DNA of 64,000 bases from Octopus vulgaris (taxonomy: Eukaryota), in assembly GCA_951406725.2 (NCBI GenBank), contig OX597826.1, forward strand, positions 38,936,001-39,000,000, written 5' to 3'. Positions 25,724 through 39,539 of the stretch are shown in pieces. Position 1 is the first letter of the stretch. Each line of letters opens with the position of its first letter. Both the position numbers and the translations under genes were made by a program. The notes beneath the pieces were generated by a model. That model saw nothing but the letters and a program-made list of their open reading frames with translations. It did not search any database and was not told where the DNA came from.

Positions 25724-28700
25724 CAGTGGTAGATCTACCATAAAACTAATGAAGCTTAAGCTTCAGGGCCCCTAATCCCGGAGAGGCCCCTCTAAAACAA
25801 CTTATTTATTTCATTCTGTCAATTTTTTTGTTTTTGTATTTTTCCATGCAGATTGCTGTTACCAGTCTTAGTGGATGTCATATCATACTCCCACACAGAG
25901 TCTAGCCACAAGTTGTTCACCTGATGTTTCTGCCAGTGTGGAGTAGCATAAAAATAAAAGTACAAATGACTTGAATTATTTTGGAAACTTTGGCCCTGCC
26001 CCTCCCATTGTCAAATATGACTACTACTACTACTACTACTACTACATCAGCACAGTAGAGATAAGAATTCTTATTTACACACCATTATTTAATGACCAAT
26101 GAAAGGGTTTGCCTCCTAATTTTGGACTTACAATCTGTTCAGTAACAAAGCAATTTTTCTACTTTAAAAATTGTTTGAATATCACCTTGTACAAAATGAA
26201 CAATTCTTAAATTTATGACTATATATTAAGTTGTGGACCCTTATCTTGATTGATCCCCATCTCCCTGTGGCTAGTGAAAATATTACCCCAATTTTCTTTT
26301 CACATAGGTCTAGGCCCCAAGAGGAATAGCAATGTCTTCATGAAAGTAATTCAGCAGATACCAGAAACACCAACTCAAAGAAAAGTAATCCAACGAAATT
26401 TCTAAATGTTAAAAACTATCAAACTATTTTACAATGTCAAGTAAAAGTTTGTCATCACCTGCAACTGAAACAAGCTATGCAAGCCCCAGTGAAGTCAATG
26501 ATAGGGCACAAGCCATGAGTGCTCTGTATTGCAATAATCAACCTTCTATTGACACTTTTGATGCAGATGATGATCATGGTGGTCAAGAACTTCAAGAAAA
26601 AAGAGCGCAGAAAAAGGAAACAAGAGGCAAATTTAGTGATTTCAAAGAATACAGTGACATGGCAAACAGGCCCATAACAATTGATAATGATTTCAAACAA
26701 AACTGTTTAATGCAAGTCATCAGTTTTTTTTTTTTCAAAATAAAAAAACAGATAATGTATATACTGAGTCCAACAAGATTTACAAACAGCAAAATCAAAG
26801 TTTCTCAAGCAAGTTCTTTGAAAAAAAAGATTGAAAAATGGTCAGACTGTGAAGAGATTCTGGTTAGTTTACTCAAAGAGCAAACTCTTTTCTAACTGCC
26901 AAATATCACTTACAACAGGTGGGTTTTCTGACTAGATGAATATACTCAGAACTCTAGAAAATCATGAAGACAGCATGAAAAATAACAGGGCGATGTTGAG
27001 CTGGCTAACACAAAAGTCAAATGAAACCATTGTGGATCAGCAATTTGAGGAACAGTTGAGAAAAAACATACAGTACTATTTTGAAGAACTAAAAAGACTT
27101 ATAGCAGTTTTATAGTTTTTAAGTGAAAGAGGTTTAGCATTTAGAGGTCATGAGGAAAAGTAGAGCTACGCAGATAATGGAAATTTCATGGGGAGGGGGC
27201 CTTGAGCCTATTGTGGAGTTTGACCCATTTTTACATGAACATTTAGGGAAATGTAAAAATGGAAAAGTAAATATTACTTACCTATCCAAATCTGTGTATG
27301 AAGAATTGACAGAAATCATGGGAAAACATGTGAAAGATGAAGTGGTGAATCAGATCAACAACCTAGACATCAAATACTACTCAATTATTGTTGACTCTAA
27401 ACCTAACATGATACATGTTGACCAGCTGATAATTGTGGTTCAATACTGTTATAATGGAAAACTCTGTGAGAGATTTGTAGCATTTTTGCCAATAGAAAAA
27501 CATTCATCCACGACCTTACTCAACAGAATAACAATTTCTTGGGGAGCATAAGCTTTCACTTGAAAGTATCCATGGTCAGTCGTATGATAATGCTTCCAAC
27601 ATGAAGGACTCAGAGAAAGGGCTGCAAGCACTTCTTAAAATCATTAACAGGTATGCAGATTATGTACCATGTGGAAGCTATTCACTCAACCTTGTTTGGT
27701 AAAAAGCAGTGTCTACTGTACCTGAAGTTGTTGACCATTTGGCATCTTGAAGCAGCTGTATGTTTTCTTCCTTGAAGATGAGGATTTTGAACACACAGGC
27801 CAATCTAGCCAATCTAAGGAGCTTAAGTGTAACTAGATGGTCTGCACACTATGAAGCAGTCTGGGTAATTAAAAATGGATATAGATATTTAAAAAACTCT
27901 CAAACATATGCTTGAAGACTCAGAAGAGAAGCCTGAATGTAAACAAGATGCAAAGAATTTATACCACAAGTTGGTAAAATTGGAATATGCTGTTTTAACA
28001 GTCATTTGGGAAGAAGTAACAGAGAGTTTTGACAAAACAAGTAAGAAACTCCAAACCTCTAGGTCTGATGTATTTGAAAGTTACCTTCTGCTAGCATCTT
28101 TGCTTTCATTTGTTAAAGAACTATGAGAAAATTCAGCCAATAGAATTGCACACTATGAATCAGTAGCAAAAGGTTTATATGAATATGTCACCTCAAATTA
28201 TTCTGATGTTTCCAAACACATTATTACAGAGAAATTTGCAGATAGAACAAGTGATAGGGCTTCTTTGAAAGGGGCTAAAAAATTTAGAATAGAAGTTCTA
28301 AATCAAGTCTATGACTGCTTGAAAATCCAATTGAGCAAGAGAATGGACCCATATGAGCAGATTGCGAAAAGGTTCAATTTCCTCTCAGAATTGATGAACA
28401 ATTTAGAACTTGATGAGAACAGTATCAAACTTATAATATTGCATTACAAAGATGATGTTTACCACGAATTAATAAATGAGTGTTATCAGTTCAAAGGGTG
28501 TTTACACCTTAGGAAATTTTGGAACACAGAAGATAACACACCATCTAAAATGCAATGCACAGAAGTTCTTCAGCTTACTTATGAGCAACAATTAATTGAA
28601 GTGTCCTCCAATATTACCACTGCACATAATCCATACTTGACAATGCCTGTCATGAGCTGTGAAGCAGAAAGGAGTTCCTCAAAGCTTTCCTTTGTTAAGA

Positions 28701-29172
28701 ATAAATTTCGGTCTACCATGACTGAAGAGCACTTAAATTCCTTATGCATATTGTCTCTAGAAAATGACATTGCAAGGAAGCTGTCATATGACAAAACTGT
28801 TGCTACAAAAAGCAGACAAAAGAGTATTTTGTAATTTTCCTTTGTATCTTAATGATGCATCATGCATGTATATGACACTTCCCTATGTTTCAACCCATGT
28901 AACTCTGAAAGTATAAGCATAGCCTGGAAAATATTTGTAGCGATCTGCAATGGATAACCATGTCAACAAAGATATCGGTGATTACCCACACCTCATTTCT
29001 GGTGGAAAGAGGGCTCACTTTCAGACTCATTTTTAAGGACTCCACATCACAACTCCACCATCTGGGCTATCAGGACCTCAAGCTGGAGTTCCTTGCAAGG
29101 GCACAAAAATTCTTTGACCCTACTGGATGTTACCCTACTGTTGCTGGTCACAATATTGTAGATCTGCTACTG
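25724..29172 (+). mobile_element. Full-length decayed hAT transposon (Tip100/ZMYM1-like)
   Basis: TIRs CAGTGGTAGATCTAC / GTAGATCTGCTACTG and 8-bp TSD GGCAATGG/GGCTATGG. Transposase remnants at about 26400-28834: LAFRGHEE, YYSIIVDS...HVDQL, GQSYDNASNM, VTRWS and TMPVMSCEAERSSSKL...RSTMTEEHLNSL. Confidence 0.92.
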
Positions 29173-29915
29173 GGCTATGGAGTGATTCCAGCAGGGAACA
29201 AAGCTATAAGAGTATTGTGAAGAAATAACCTAATGATATGCAACTCTGCTCCAGAAAATGAGCCAGTCACCTGATCACCTATCAATCTGGTGGCCACACA
29301 AACCAGGTTGATTATGTTCTCACCATAAAGCTCATGAATGCTCTCTTCAACTGAGGTTAGATATTAACAACTTCAGATTTCAAGCAAAACAGTCTGGAAA
29401 AGGAAGATATGGAAGCTTAAGGATCCTTTTGAATAGTCAGAGATTTAGAGACACCCAAATTGAAACATTTGACAAGAAGAAGACAGAGATGTATCACAAA
29501 GAAGACAATTGGAAAGTCCTATAGGATAGCCTACTGGGTACCATAGACTGAATTTGTGGCTGGTGCAAAGTTCCAAGCAAATCTCGGGTGATGTGGTGGT
29601 GAAACAGTGAAGTAGGCAGTGCCATAAGAGTAAAGAAACAGGCATGAAGGAACTGGAAGAGTCTGGTAACAGAGAACTATATCAGGTAGCTAGAAGAGAA
29701 GCTAGGTGATAAGTATATTTAACTAAGAGAAAAGCAGAAAGTATGAGGTTTACCAATGTTATGTAGTTGAGGATCAGAGAGATGAGGTTTTCTGGATTGC
29801 AGGACAGTGTATTAAAGAAAATCATGATGTAGGAGGGAAGTGTCTTCAAACTGATGATGTTAAATTTGCACTTAGTGAAAGAGACATGGAAGTTCCATTT
29901 CGAAAGGCTGCTTAA
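29173..29915 (+). mobile_element. RTE LINE continuation (EN 3' part and linker)
   Basis: NLMICNS...ITYQSGGHTNQVDYVL and WKLKDP. Homologous to about 18800-19400. Confidence 0.75.
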
Positions 29916-29940
29916 ATGTCTTTTATCTCTTCTCTAGGGT

Positions 29941-30367
29941 TCATCATCATCATCATCATCATCGTTTAACGTCCGCTTTCCGCGCTAGCACGGGTTGGAC
30001 AGTTCGACCGGGGTCTGGGAAGCCAGGGGCTGCTCCAGGCTCCAGTCTGATCTGGCAGAGTTTCTACGGCTGGATGCCCTTCCTAACGCCAACCACTCCG
30101 CGAGTGTAGTGGGTGCTTTTTACGTGCCACCTGCACAGGTGCCAGGGGGGAGGTCCGGCATTGGTCACGATCGGTTGGAGCTTTTAACGTGCCAGCGGCA
30201 CGGAAGCCAGCCAAGGCGACGCTGGTAACGTTTGGATGGTCTTTTTATGTGCCACCGGCACAGGAGCCAGTCGGGGCGGCGCTGGCATCGGCCACGTTCG
30301 GATGGTGCTTTTTATGTGCCACCGGCACAGAAGCCAGTCGGGGCGGCGCTGGCATCGGCCACGTTCG
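29941..30367 (-). mobile_element. Young RTE 3' end / RTE-tailed SINE with ~60-bp GC-rich tandem units
   Basis: (CAT)n tail, CpG-rich. Repeated TTTTATGTGCCACCGGCACAG...GGCATCGGCCACGTTCG units. A similar copy is at 39540-39935. Confidence 0.8.
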
Positions 30368-32659
30368 TTGATAAAATAAATCCCAATCACATATTTGGGA
30401 TTTAGTCACTCTCCTATACACCCAAGTCAGACATCAGTATTATTATTAATAGGAAAATTGCATTGTTGTTACAAATGATAAAACTACTGAACTAAATGTT
30501 TCATATCAAAGTAAAACAGTAGAACCTGATGTCAGCCATGATAGCATGTGTTGACAAGTTGCAAGTACAAAAGATTCATAAAGTGGAATAAATAATTTTT
30601 CTGAGAGGAAGAGAAATTTTTGTCGTACCAATTAATAAATAAATAAAAATTTCATTTTGGAAACTTTTCATCTTTAATAATTTTCAAAAAGTTATAATAT
30701 TCTCATGACTTATTCTTCATTGTAAACCTTACTCTAGGTAAATAAAATAAGTATCAATAATATCTTGTAATAAGTTGAATTAAGTATGACTCTTTCCTAC
30801 AAAATTTAGGTCAAACAGTTTGTGAACACATGTTATCCCAACAAAACAGACTTATAATCAAAAGTCTTCTGACCAGTACTGTAACACTTTTTCATGCATA
30901 ATTTATTTAGAAGCACATTAACCAATGCATCCATTTTTTTAAAAATACTTTTGCTAAAGACAGGGGAGTATGACTTTAAATGAATGTGACTGCTATTTCT
31001 TGCAGGTTAAGTTACCATATAGAAGTCCTCTCTTATTGGCTCCTCTGTGTTCATGTCTTAAAAAAAAAAATTATTGTTTGAATTTTATCCTTGAAATAAA
31101 TTTTTCTATATGCTTTTTATCATTTCAGTTTTTGCTTGTTCTCTGAATTAGTTTGTATGAACAAATGTGCAAATTCATTAAAAGATTTCAAAGTCCAATA
31201 AAGAAGATTGCATTGTTGAAATAGCTTATAAGCCTTTCCTTGCAACGTTTTCTTTTAACTTTTTGCAAAAAGAAAGAATTTACAAACTTTCTGATATCTG
31301 ATAATAACTGGTATTTCGAATCTTACCGAAATGCGAGAAATTTAACGTGAAATAACTTCGTAAAAATAAGTTTTTCTCAAAAATGCTAACAGTAAAAGAT
31401 GTTTTATATGACACATTCTACCAGTGTCCAAAGTTTGAAAGTGTTTAGTTACAAAAAGTTATTTTTTAAATCTGTAGGTCAAAAGGTACAGGTTATTTCT
31501 TTCAGCATATTTCTACTTTCCTACTTTCTTCCAAAGTCCAATGATTCTCTCATCAGCAGAAAGAAGTTTATTCTTTGATGAAGAGGCTAAAACATGCCTG
31601 GAGTTATGTACTATATTCATTGAAGCTTCAAAAAAATTTTCCATCTACATAATTTTTTTATTCTTGTTAGCTTTTTGATATTTTCTGCATTAAAAATGTT
31701 AATACTAACTGTTATTAATGAAAAGGGCTTGCAAGAAAATTGAAGCTAAATATTCAGCTTTGGATGATATGACAGAGTAGAGTTGATTATTTACAATATT
31801 TGTGCCTTGGAACGACTTGTGCGACCAGGTGAGATTCAAAATCTAACGCCAGGTGTTAATCTAAAAAAGCTTGTAAAAAAAAAGGAAAAAATCAACGACT
31901 AGTTGACTTGTCCTCTTCAAAGTAGTCAAAATATCCAACACGTTTGGAGTTTTGCTGATCATGGTATATCAATCAATTCAACATAATCATATTTTTCCGA
32001 GGAATTTGTATGTTCGAAGTGGGGGGAGTAAAAAAAAAACACGATAGAATTATTTCCCTTGGACTTGTCTCCCAAGACACACGTGGGGGGGGGGGGGGGT
32101 GGAAGAAACGATAATGATTTAATAATGAGAAAATTAATCAATAAATGTATATAAGAAAAGAAAGCTCTGAAAATAATTAGATTTAAGTGTGCTGGTAGTT
32201 TTAAGTATTTGGGAGTTTGTTGGCATATCAAAGAAACGATATATATCTATGAATGACTGATAAAACATCGACACAGCGATGTAACTAAATGCAATCCAGT
32301 AGGTTGCCTCAAAACTTTCCAAAGGTGCACCAGTGTTCCTTGGTGCAATGTAGAATTGATGCATAACCCTTTATTTTGTTTATTTATTTACGAATTTCTT
32401 TCTTTTTATTGTTTACTTTTGCAAATTTGTTTTCTTTCGATGAACAAAATCCAATCGTTTCCAATAAAGATTTCAGATTCATTGAATAATGAAGAAGAAG
32501 AAGAAACAATTTTCTTTTAGAAAGACCTAATGTTATTTAAAAATAATTAATTGCCGAAAGTTGCAGCATTAAAACATGAAATATAAAATAGTTTTGAACA
32601 CATACACACGATCACACGCGTACGCGAAAGTCTGTTCTGTCTAGCGTCAGTTTAATCAA

Positions 32660-32678
32660 CCAATCGAATGCCACCACG
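32660..32678 (+). promoter_or_regulatory. ER stress response element (ERSE-I, CCAAT-N9-CCACG)
   Basis: Exact CCAAT-CGAATGCCA-CCACG in a CpG-enriched region, about 85 bp upstream of a consensus donor and upstream of an ER chaperone gene. Confidence 0.8.
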
Positions 32679-32699
32679 TTAGTTGGTGCAGACCACATG

Positions 32700-32762
32700 A
32701 TAAGATTACGTGTGAACCGGCAACAGTGAGTGGAAGTGGCTATCATTTTCCATTGTCAATGA
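32700..32762 (+). other. CANX: Probable calnexin exon 1 (5' UTR plus ATG A)
   Basis: Ends ...CAATGA|GTAAGT. Splicing to the 52931 acceptor gives in-frame ATG AAA ACA CCA AGT ATG. The TSS position is approximate. Confidence 0.6.
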
Positions 32763-35700
32763 GTAAGTAACTTTACAATAATAATAATAATTAATTTTAT
32801 TGAATTATTTTCGAAATCTCCACTACTCAAACTTAATAATGTATTTGCTAATTTCGGTTCGCTACCTTGTTGTTGTAAGTAATTATATATAACAGCGTCA
32901 TTGCTCACCGCCCTCCCCCTTTTTTATGTTAACTTGAAATCTCGATATTTTAACGTGTTACCTGAGGGAATGGCAGGTACCGTTGTTCATTTCTGATTGC
33001 TATTTCAATAGTCAATTCCACTAACTTTTAATATCGCTCCAGTGCTGTCGATATTTTCTCATACGCATACACATATATATATATGTAAAGACTTAATGGA
33101 TTTTTTTTTATTACACAAACATGAAACCACCACAAGGTTTATTAGACGAGACAAATTAAAATATTTTATTGAACACATTAGACACATTATGAGGGGTGGT
33201 CGGTCTACTGATTGTAGATCAGGAAAAATATTGAAAACATAACGCAGCGTACATAAGAATTGGCATTTGACGAGCTAAAATAAAACACTGAGGGAAAAAC
33301 CATTGAATCTTTGTGTTTAACAAGCTTACCTAATGCAAATTTTTATTAATGGCAGCACATAACGTCTCTTTCAAATTGAAGCTTTCTTCTATAAAACAAC
33401 TCCAGTGTCATTGGAATTGTAATAGACGAAAGATGAGCAAGATAAAATTTCATCAAATTAATTTCTTTTTTCTCTGAAGTGCACGAGAGACCCATGTGAA
33501 TGACCTGAAATGGAAAGTAGGTTGTTCGCCGGTATCTAGCAGTCACCGCTTTCTTGCATATTTAACAAAATGGTCATTTGCTATTTTCTCCTCTTTGCTT
33601 ATTTAATTACCTGTTAAGGTTTCCAAAATTCTTAAGTCTGCCCCCTTCACCAATTATAGTTCCTTGTTCTATGCAATCAAAGTAGTTAACGCACATGTTA
33701 GCTACAAGAAATGTTTGCTTGGGTTTCATTTCCTTACCTCACTTAACAAGGTGTAGTAGTAGTGAATTTGAGTACATTAAAGTCATGTACTCCTATAAAA
33801 AAAATCGTCGATGAGAATGGACTCACAAAAACGAGGGAGTATCTTTTGTTGCTGTATAGTCTGCTACAAATAGTGACCCAAACCCACCGTTTAAAAAAAA
33901 ATGGACATGAAATGATGTAGTTCACTGCTTGTAAAGCGACTTGGGGTGATCATGGCTGGTATACTTTTAATCAAAAACCTTCATATAAAAGCTCGACATG
34001 CTAGTAATAAAGACTATATATATATATATATATATATTTAAAGGGGAGTGATGCATTTTATGATGTAGTCTTACATTGATTTGTGTGAAGACTAAACGAT
34101 GATCACGTCTAGAACACTTGATGATTGGCCTGCTTCAGTCGGGGATTAACCTAATCGCTCTGATGAACTGCTACATAATTCATTACTAAATTTACTGTAA
34201 TAAATAGTTTGTACCCATTTCACTTATGATGCTCCGGTGAAATGAATGGATGTTAGATTCTCATATTTTCCTTTGTAAATTTGAGGGCTTTGTCCCTGTA
34301 TAATGAAGAAATCAATAATCTAGTCGCCCGCCCCGATTACTGTTCATGGTTGCAGGCATTTCATTTTACTATTGCATATTATTGAAATTTATGACTGCCA
34401 CAAAGATTCTGTTTCTAGCCTTCCACCCTTTTAAATAGCAAACGTTTGTGCTTTTAATTAATAGAAAAAGAACCCATCTAACAGCTCATCCAGCAAGCAA
34501 CCCGTTTGCAGCCATTGCATTTTATTTTCGACCCTCGGTTCCTCGTGATAGGCATACCCGCCACATACTCTGCTTATGCTTTTAATATAAAGTTTTGTGC
34601 TTTACTTAACGAGAAGAAATAAATACATTAAATAGCGCGTACGTACGTTCATTACGCCTACTAAAGCTAAAAAGTAATCGGACGGCTATTTCGGTTCGAA
34701 GGTCCTGATACAAATTACCCTCGTTAACGGGAAAGACAATATAGCTCAATGTTAATCAGTATTAGTATTATAACTTACATGGCTGATCGAGCAGCAACAA
34801 TTAAACATAACTAAATAAATGTAACATCGGCGTGCATTTCTAACACAGTACAGAGTATTAAGGTCTGCTTTGCTTTGGGATAAATGGTTCTGCTCGGTTC
34901 TGCTCAATGCCCATAGCCTAGGATTAGTCTTCGCGACCCAGTTTCGATTTCTAGTTGTAATTTAAATTTCTTAATATATAATTCCATTAAGAGAAAAATG
35001 CATGAGCTCCACACAATCTCGTTTGAAATTCCTGCCTTCTCATTCCTATTAAAAAAATCTTAATTAAGGATCTTGTTCACGTAAGTGATAAAATCGTTAT
35101 TTTTCGTCGCGTGTTTTGACTCCCCCCTTCCCTTTTGTAGTAAGCCAGCTGAAATATTCCAGTTGAACCAATGATGGCTCCAACTGCTATAAACAGCTAT
35201 CCATAAACTACTACTTCACATCCTATTTGCTTAAAAAAGGTATTGGATAGTGTGAACTGTTAAAGACGGGATTGTCACGACTGGAATGCCTTTGATAATA
35301 GGTTTGTTTGTTCGACCCTGGACAAAGCAACGGTTGCCGTTAGGAATATTATGGCAGAGGAAATGATTCCCCCCCGACAGACAAAATTGTTTTACCATCC
35401 GGTCTAGATATATTATTTCTAGATTGTTCGTCCTCCGATCGTTTTTCTTTTTTCTCTCTCTCCTACAAAAAGGGGGGGAAAAAGTTTTTTTTTTAATGAA
35501 TAAAACTGTTTTAGAATCACTTTTAATTTTTGCTCAAAAGAAAGGATTCTAAATTTCGAGTTGTCGTAAATTAATAGTTTGAACTTTTATCGAACAGGTT
35601 ATTGAGTGACAAATCGATGAACAAAACTGGTTCCATTATTAAATACGATGTTAATAATGGACTCTCATTCAATATTATATGTAGATCAATTTCCGTCTTT

Positions 35701-35831
35701 TTTTACGTTTTAACTCACTAATTTCTACTCGTCTCTATCGCTAACATGCAACATGCTTCTTTGTGCATAAATGTTTGCCTAATAATTGGCCACACGCGCA
35801 CGCACATAGACACACGTGTGAGGTGTATGTG

Positions 35832-35898
<67 letters not shown>

Positions 35899-38227
35899 AA
35901 TGAAGTAACATTGTGTTATAAGTTTTTGACATTATGCTTCTTCTTTCTGCCCGCTTAGTTCCTTTTATAATAGATGTGCAGATATTTCAAAGATTTAATT
36001 TAGGTAACAAAAATTGAAATCATTGTTTCTTTATATACCATCATTTGTTCGTGTTGCATTTTGTCTTGACATCAGTTTGTTTGCAATCCTTCATGAGATC
36101 TTGTCTGGCCGAAGGGAAAACTTTTTGGGAAATTGAAAGGACATCAGGTTGTAGAAAATCTACTTCTACAAATTCCGTCCAAGATGTGAGCATTAAACGA
36201 TGATGAAAATTGACTTAATGTGTAAATTTCAAGATCTTTTAAATATCCCCATTATAAGTATTTGTTAATACGTAGCTCTAGTACAGCCACTCATTGTTTG
36301 ATTACCTGTTACTTGGTTTTATTATATGTTTTTATTATTGCACCTACACTAATGTTTTTGTTACCTTAGTAGTTGATGAATCCTCAATGTTTGGATTAAA
36401 TGTAACATGGATTTGTGGGTGTGGTGCTTGTATTTGACATAAGAGCTAGACAGAAATGATTAACATAAAATTACACCAATGCACACACATGTAGTAGGCT
36501 TGAAAATGGATGAATATAATTAACTTTACTTTTAAGATGTGATGTAATAGAATGTATTAAATACTCTGTAATCTCTCTCTCTCCCTTATATAAGTGTGTT
36601 TGTGCAGACACACGCACACATATGTATATGGTCCATGCAGATACAAAAAATTCCTTATAAAAAGTGATTAAATCAAAACAGTATTATCAGTGTATGTGGC
36701 AGATAGATAGAGGGGAATGGAAGAAGTGGGAATGGTAGGTATCAAGAAAATGAGTTGTGGAATAAAGATCCATCAGGGACAGATTGTGTGAGGGGCATGA
36801 ACGTAAATGATATGCGTTTAAGGCCTCATTTTTGCACAGTAAATCACCAATTGCCTTGATCCTTTGGTGTTGGGAAGGGCATCCAAACCACATCAGATTG
36901 GAACCCGGTGCAGCTCTTCTGCTTGCCAGCTCTGGTCAAACCATCCAACAACCCATGTCAGCATGGAAAATGGATGATCATCACACACACACACACACAC
37001 AGGTTGGTAACCAAAGCCTCTCTCTCAGAGTGAAAGGTAGATTGTATGATGCTTGTATGAAAACAGCAGTGTTATATGGTAGTAAAACATGAGCCCTGAT
37101 TTTGAAGGCTTGAAAGAAATTAGGCTAGCATGCTCCACTGGATGTGCAACATCTATATACAAGTATAACTGCAAATACATTGAGAAAAAATAGCATGAAA
37201 GGTATCAAATGTAGTGTGCAGTAAAGACAATTATACTGATATCATCATGGGATGCAGCATATAGCTGATGACAGCTCCACAAAGAAATGCTAATTGCTAA
37301 AGGTGGATGGAACCTGTTGAAAAGGGACCCTCAAGATGTGGGATGAAGTAGTGAAGAATGTTGAACTTCATGGAGTTGACAAAGGACTGAGGCAATTGAT
37401 GATTTACTGTGCAAAAATGAGGCCCTAAAGGCATATCATTTACATCCATGTCCCTGCACTCAATCTCTCCCTGATGGATCTTTATTCCACAACTCCTCTT
37501 GATACCTACCATTCCCACGACACCCACTTCCTCTATCCATGTTCACCACTCACTGCACTCCCCTCTATCCATCTGCCACTCTCCTTTTATCACTTGCAAA
37601 CTTAATCTGCTTGCTCACATTGTCCAATCCTCTGTACCACTTCTGTTATATTCACCTTCCTGTAACTTAAGAGTATGCCCTGTCATCATCTTTTCTCTCT
37701 CTCTCTCCCTCCCACCCTCCCTTTGCTCTTTTCCAACTGGGATTGCATGTATGTCCTCTACAGCAAGATACCTGTTTCTGTGTAACCTCTCATCACCTAG
37801 CACAAAGCCTCCTCATGTTATATGACAACCGCTCAGTTGAGCAGTCTTGTCTTGTGAGTTACTTGATGTCACTGGTACAAGTGTCATTTAAAAAAGCACT
37901 GGCATTAAGAAGGAGCACATGCCAAAGTAGACATGGAAGCTTGGCACAGTCCTTTGGCTCACCATCTGAATTGTCCAACTCACAACTGCATAGAAAATGG
38001 ATGTTAAATGATAAGGTAGTTTGTATGGATGAAAGGTTTATTACTAATATCTTACATACAATAAATGCAATGTGTGCCCTATCAGTCAGTCTGGTAGAAG
38101 GAGACTGAAACAAATGGAGTGGGAGTGAGTGACTGTCAGAGACAGTAAATGCAGGTGAACGTTAGTAAAAGGTTTCACTCTGAAGTCACAGGTATTTTAA
38201 AGTAAAACTGCAAATTTTTGTCATAAG

Positions 38228-39023
38228 GTACGAACAGCCATGCTACATGGCAGTGAAACATGGGCTGTGACTGCTAAGGACATGCGTAAGCTCGCAAGGA
38301 ATGAAGCCAGTATGCTCCGATGGATGTGTAATGTCAGTGTGCATACTCAACAGAGTGTAAGTACCTTGAGAGAAAAGTTGGACCTAAGAAGCATCAGATG
38401 TGGTGTGCAAGAGAGACAACTGCGCTGGTACGGACACGAGAATGGATGAGGAGAGCTGTGTAAAAAGTGTGCCTCACTCTAGCAGTTGAGGGAATCTGTA
38501 GAAGAGGTAGACCCAGGAAGACCTAAGATGAGGTGGTGAAGCATGACTTTCGAACATTAGGCCTCACTGAGGCAATGACTAGTGACTGAGACCTTTGGAA
38601 ATATGCTTGCTTGAGAAGACCCGGCAAGCCAAGTGAGACCATAACCTCGTGGCCTATGCCAGGGGTGTAACCAGCCCACTTATGCATACCTTTCCTTCAT
38701 TGGACATTAAACTCTGCTTGCGAAGACCTGTTGAGGCAAGTGAAATCGAAATCAAATTCAATGACTGGCATCTGTGCTAGTGGAGCGCTAAGAGCATCAT
38801 CCGAGTGTGATCATTGCCAGAGCAGCTAACTGGCTTCTGTGTCGGTGGCACGTAAAAGCACCCACTACACTTGGAGTGGTAGGTGTTAGGGAGAGCATCC
38901 AGCTGTAGAAACTCTCCCAGATCCGATTGGAGCCTAGTGCAGCCATCTGGTTCGCCAGTCCTCAGTCAAATCATCCAACCCATTCTAGCATGGAAAGCGG
39001 ACATTAAACGATGATGATGATGA
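38228..39023 (+). mobile_element. RTE LINE 3' fragment
   Basis: MLHGSETWAVT...LRWMC...QLRWYGH, GRPRKT, then the 3' UTR and (GAT)n tail. Confidence 0.85.
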
Positions 39024-39047
39024 TATATATGTATATGTATAAATATT

Positions 39048-39078
<31 letters not shown>

Positions 39079-39237
39079 ATATATGTGTGTGTGTGTATAT
39101 ATATGTGTGTGTGTGTATATATATATGTGTGCGTGTGTGTATATATGTGAGTGTATATATGTTTATATATATATATGTGTATATATACACATATATATAT
39201 GTGTCTGTGTGTGTGTATATATGTTTGTATATATATA

Positions 39238-39272
<35 letters not shown>

Positions 39273-39448
39273 TATCAATTAATTCATTATTAATTGAATT
39301 AATGGAGGTTCTGTCTCAATTCTGTATATATGTAATATATCGTGAAATTTTATTTAGTATTACTAAATCGAGTCTGTTTTCCCCGGTTTCCTTGGAATTT
39401 TATATTCCTTACTATTAATTATTATATCCATGTATATGTGTGTGTATG

Positions 39449-39527
<79 letters not shown>

Positions 39528-39539
39528 GTATGTATGTGT

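Noticed and set aside
31490-32370. Divergent coding gene next to the calnexin promoter
   Set aside because: Only short minus-strand ORFs, with no recognisable motifs or consistent splice signals.
34045-34165. Possible intronic C/D snoRNA (TGATGA...CTGA)
   Set aside because: The box spacing is too short, there is no terminal stem, and the segment resembles a degenerate SINE tail seen elsewhere (e.g. about 35240-35330).
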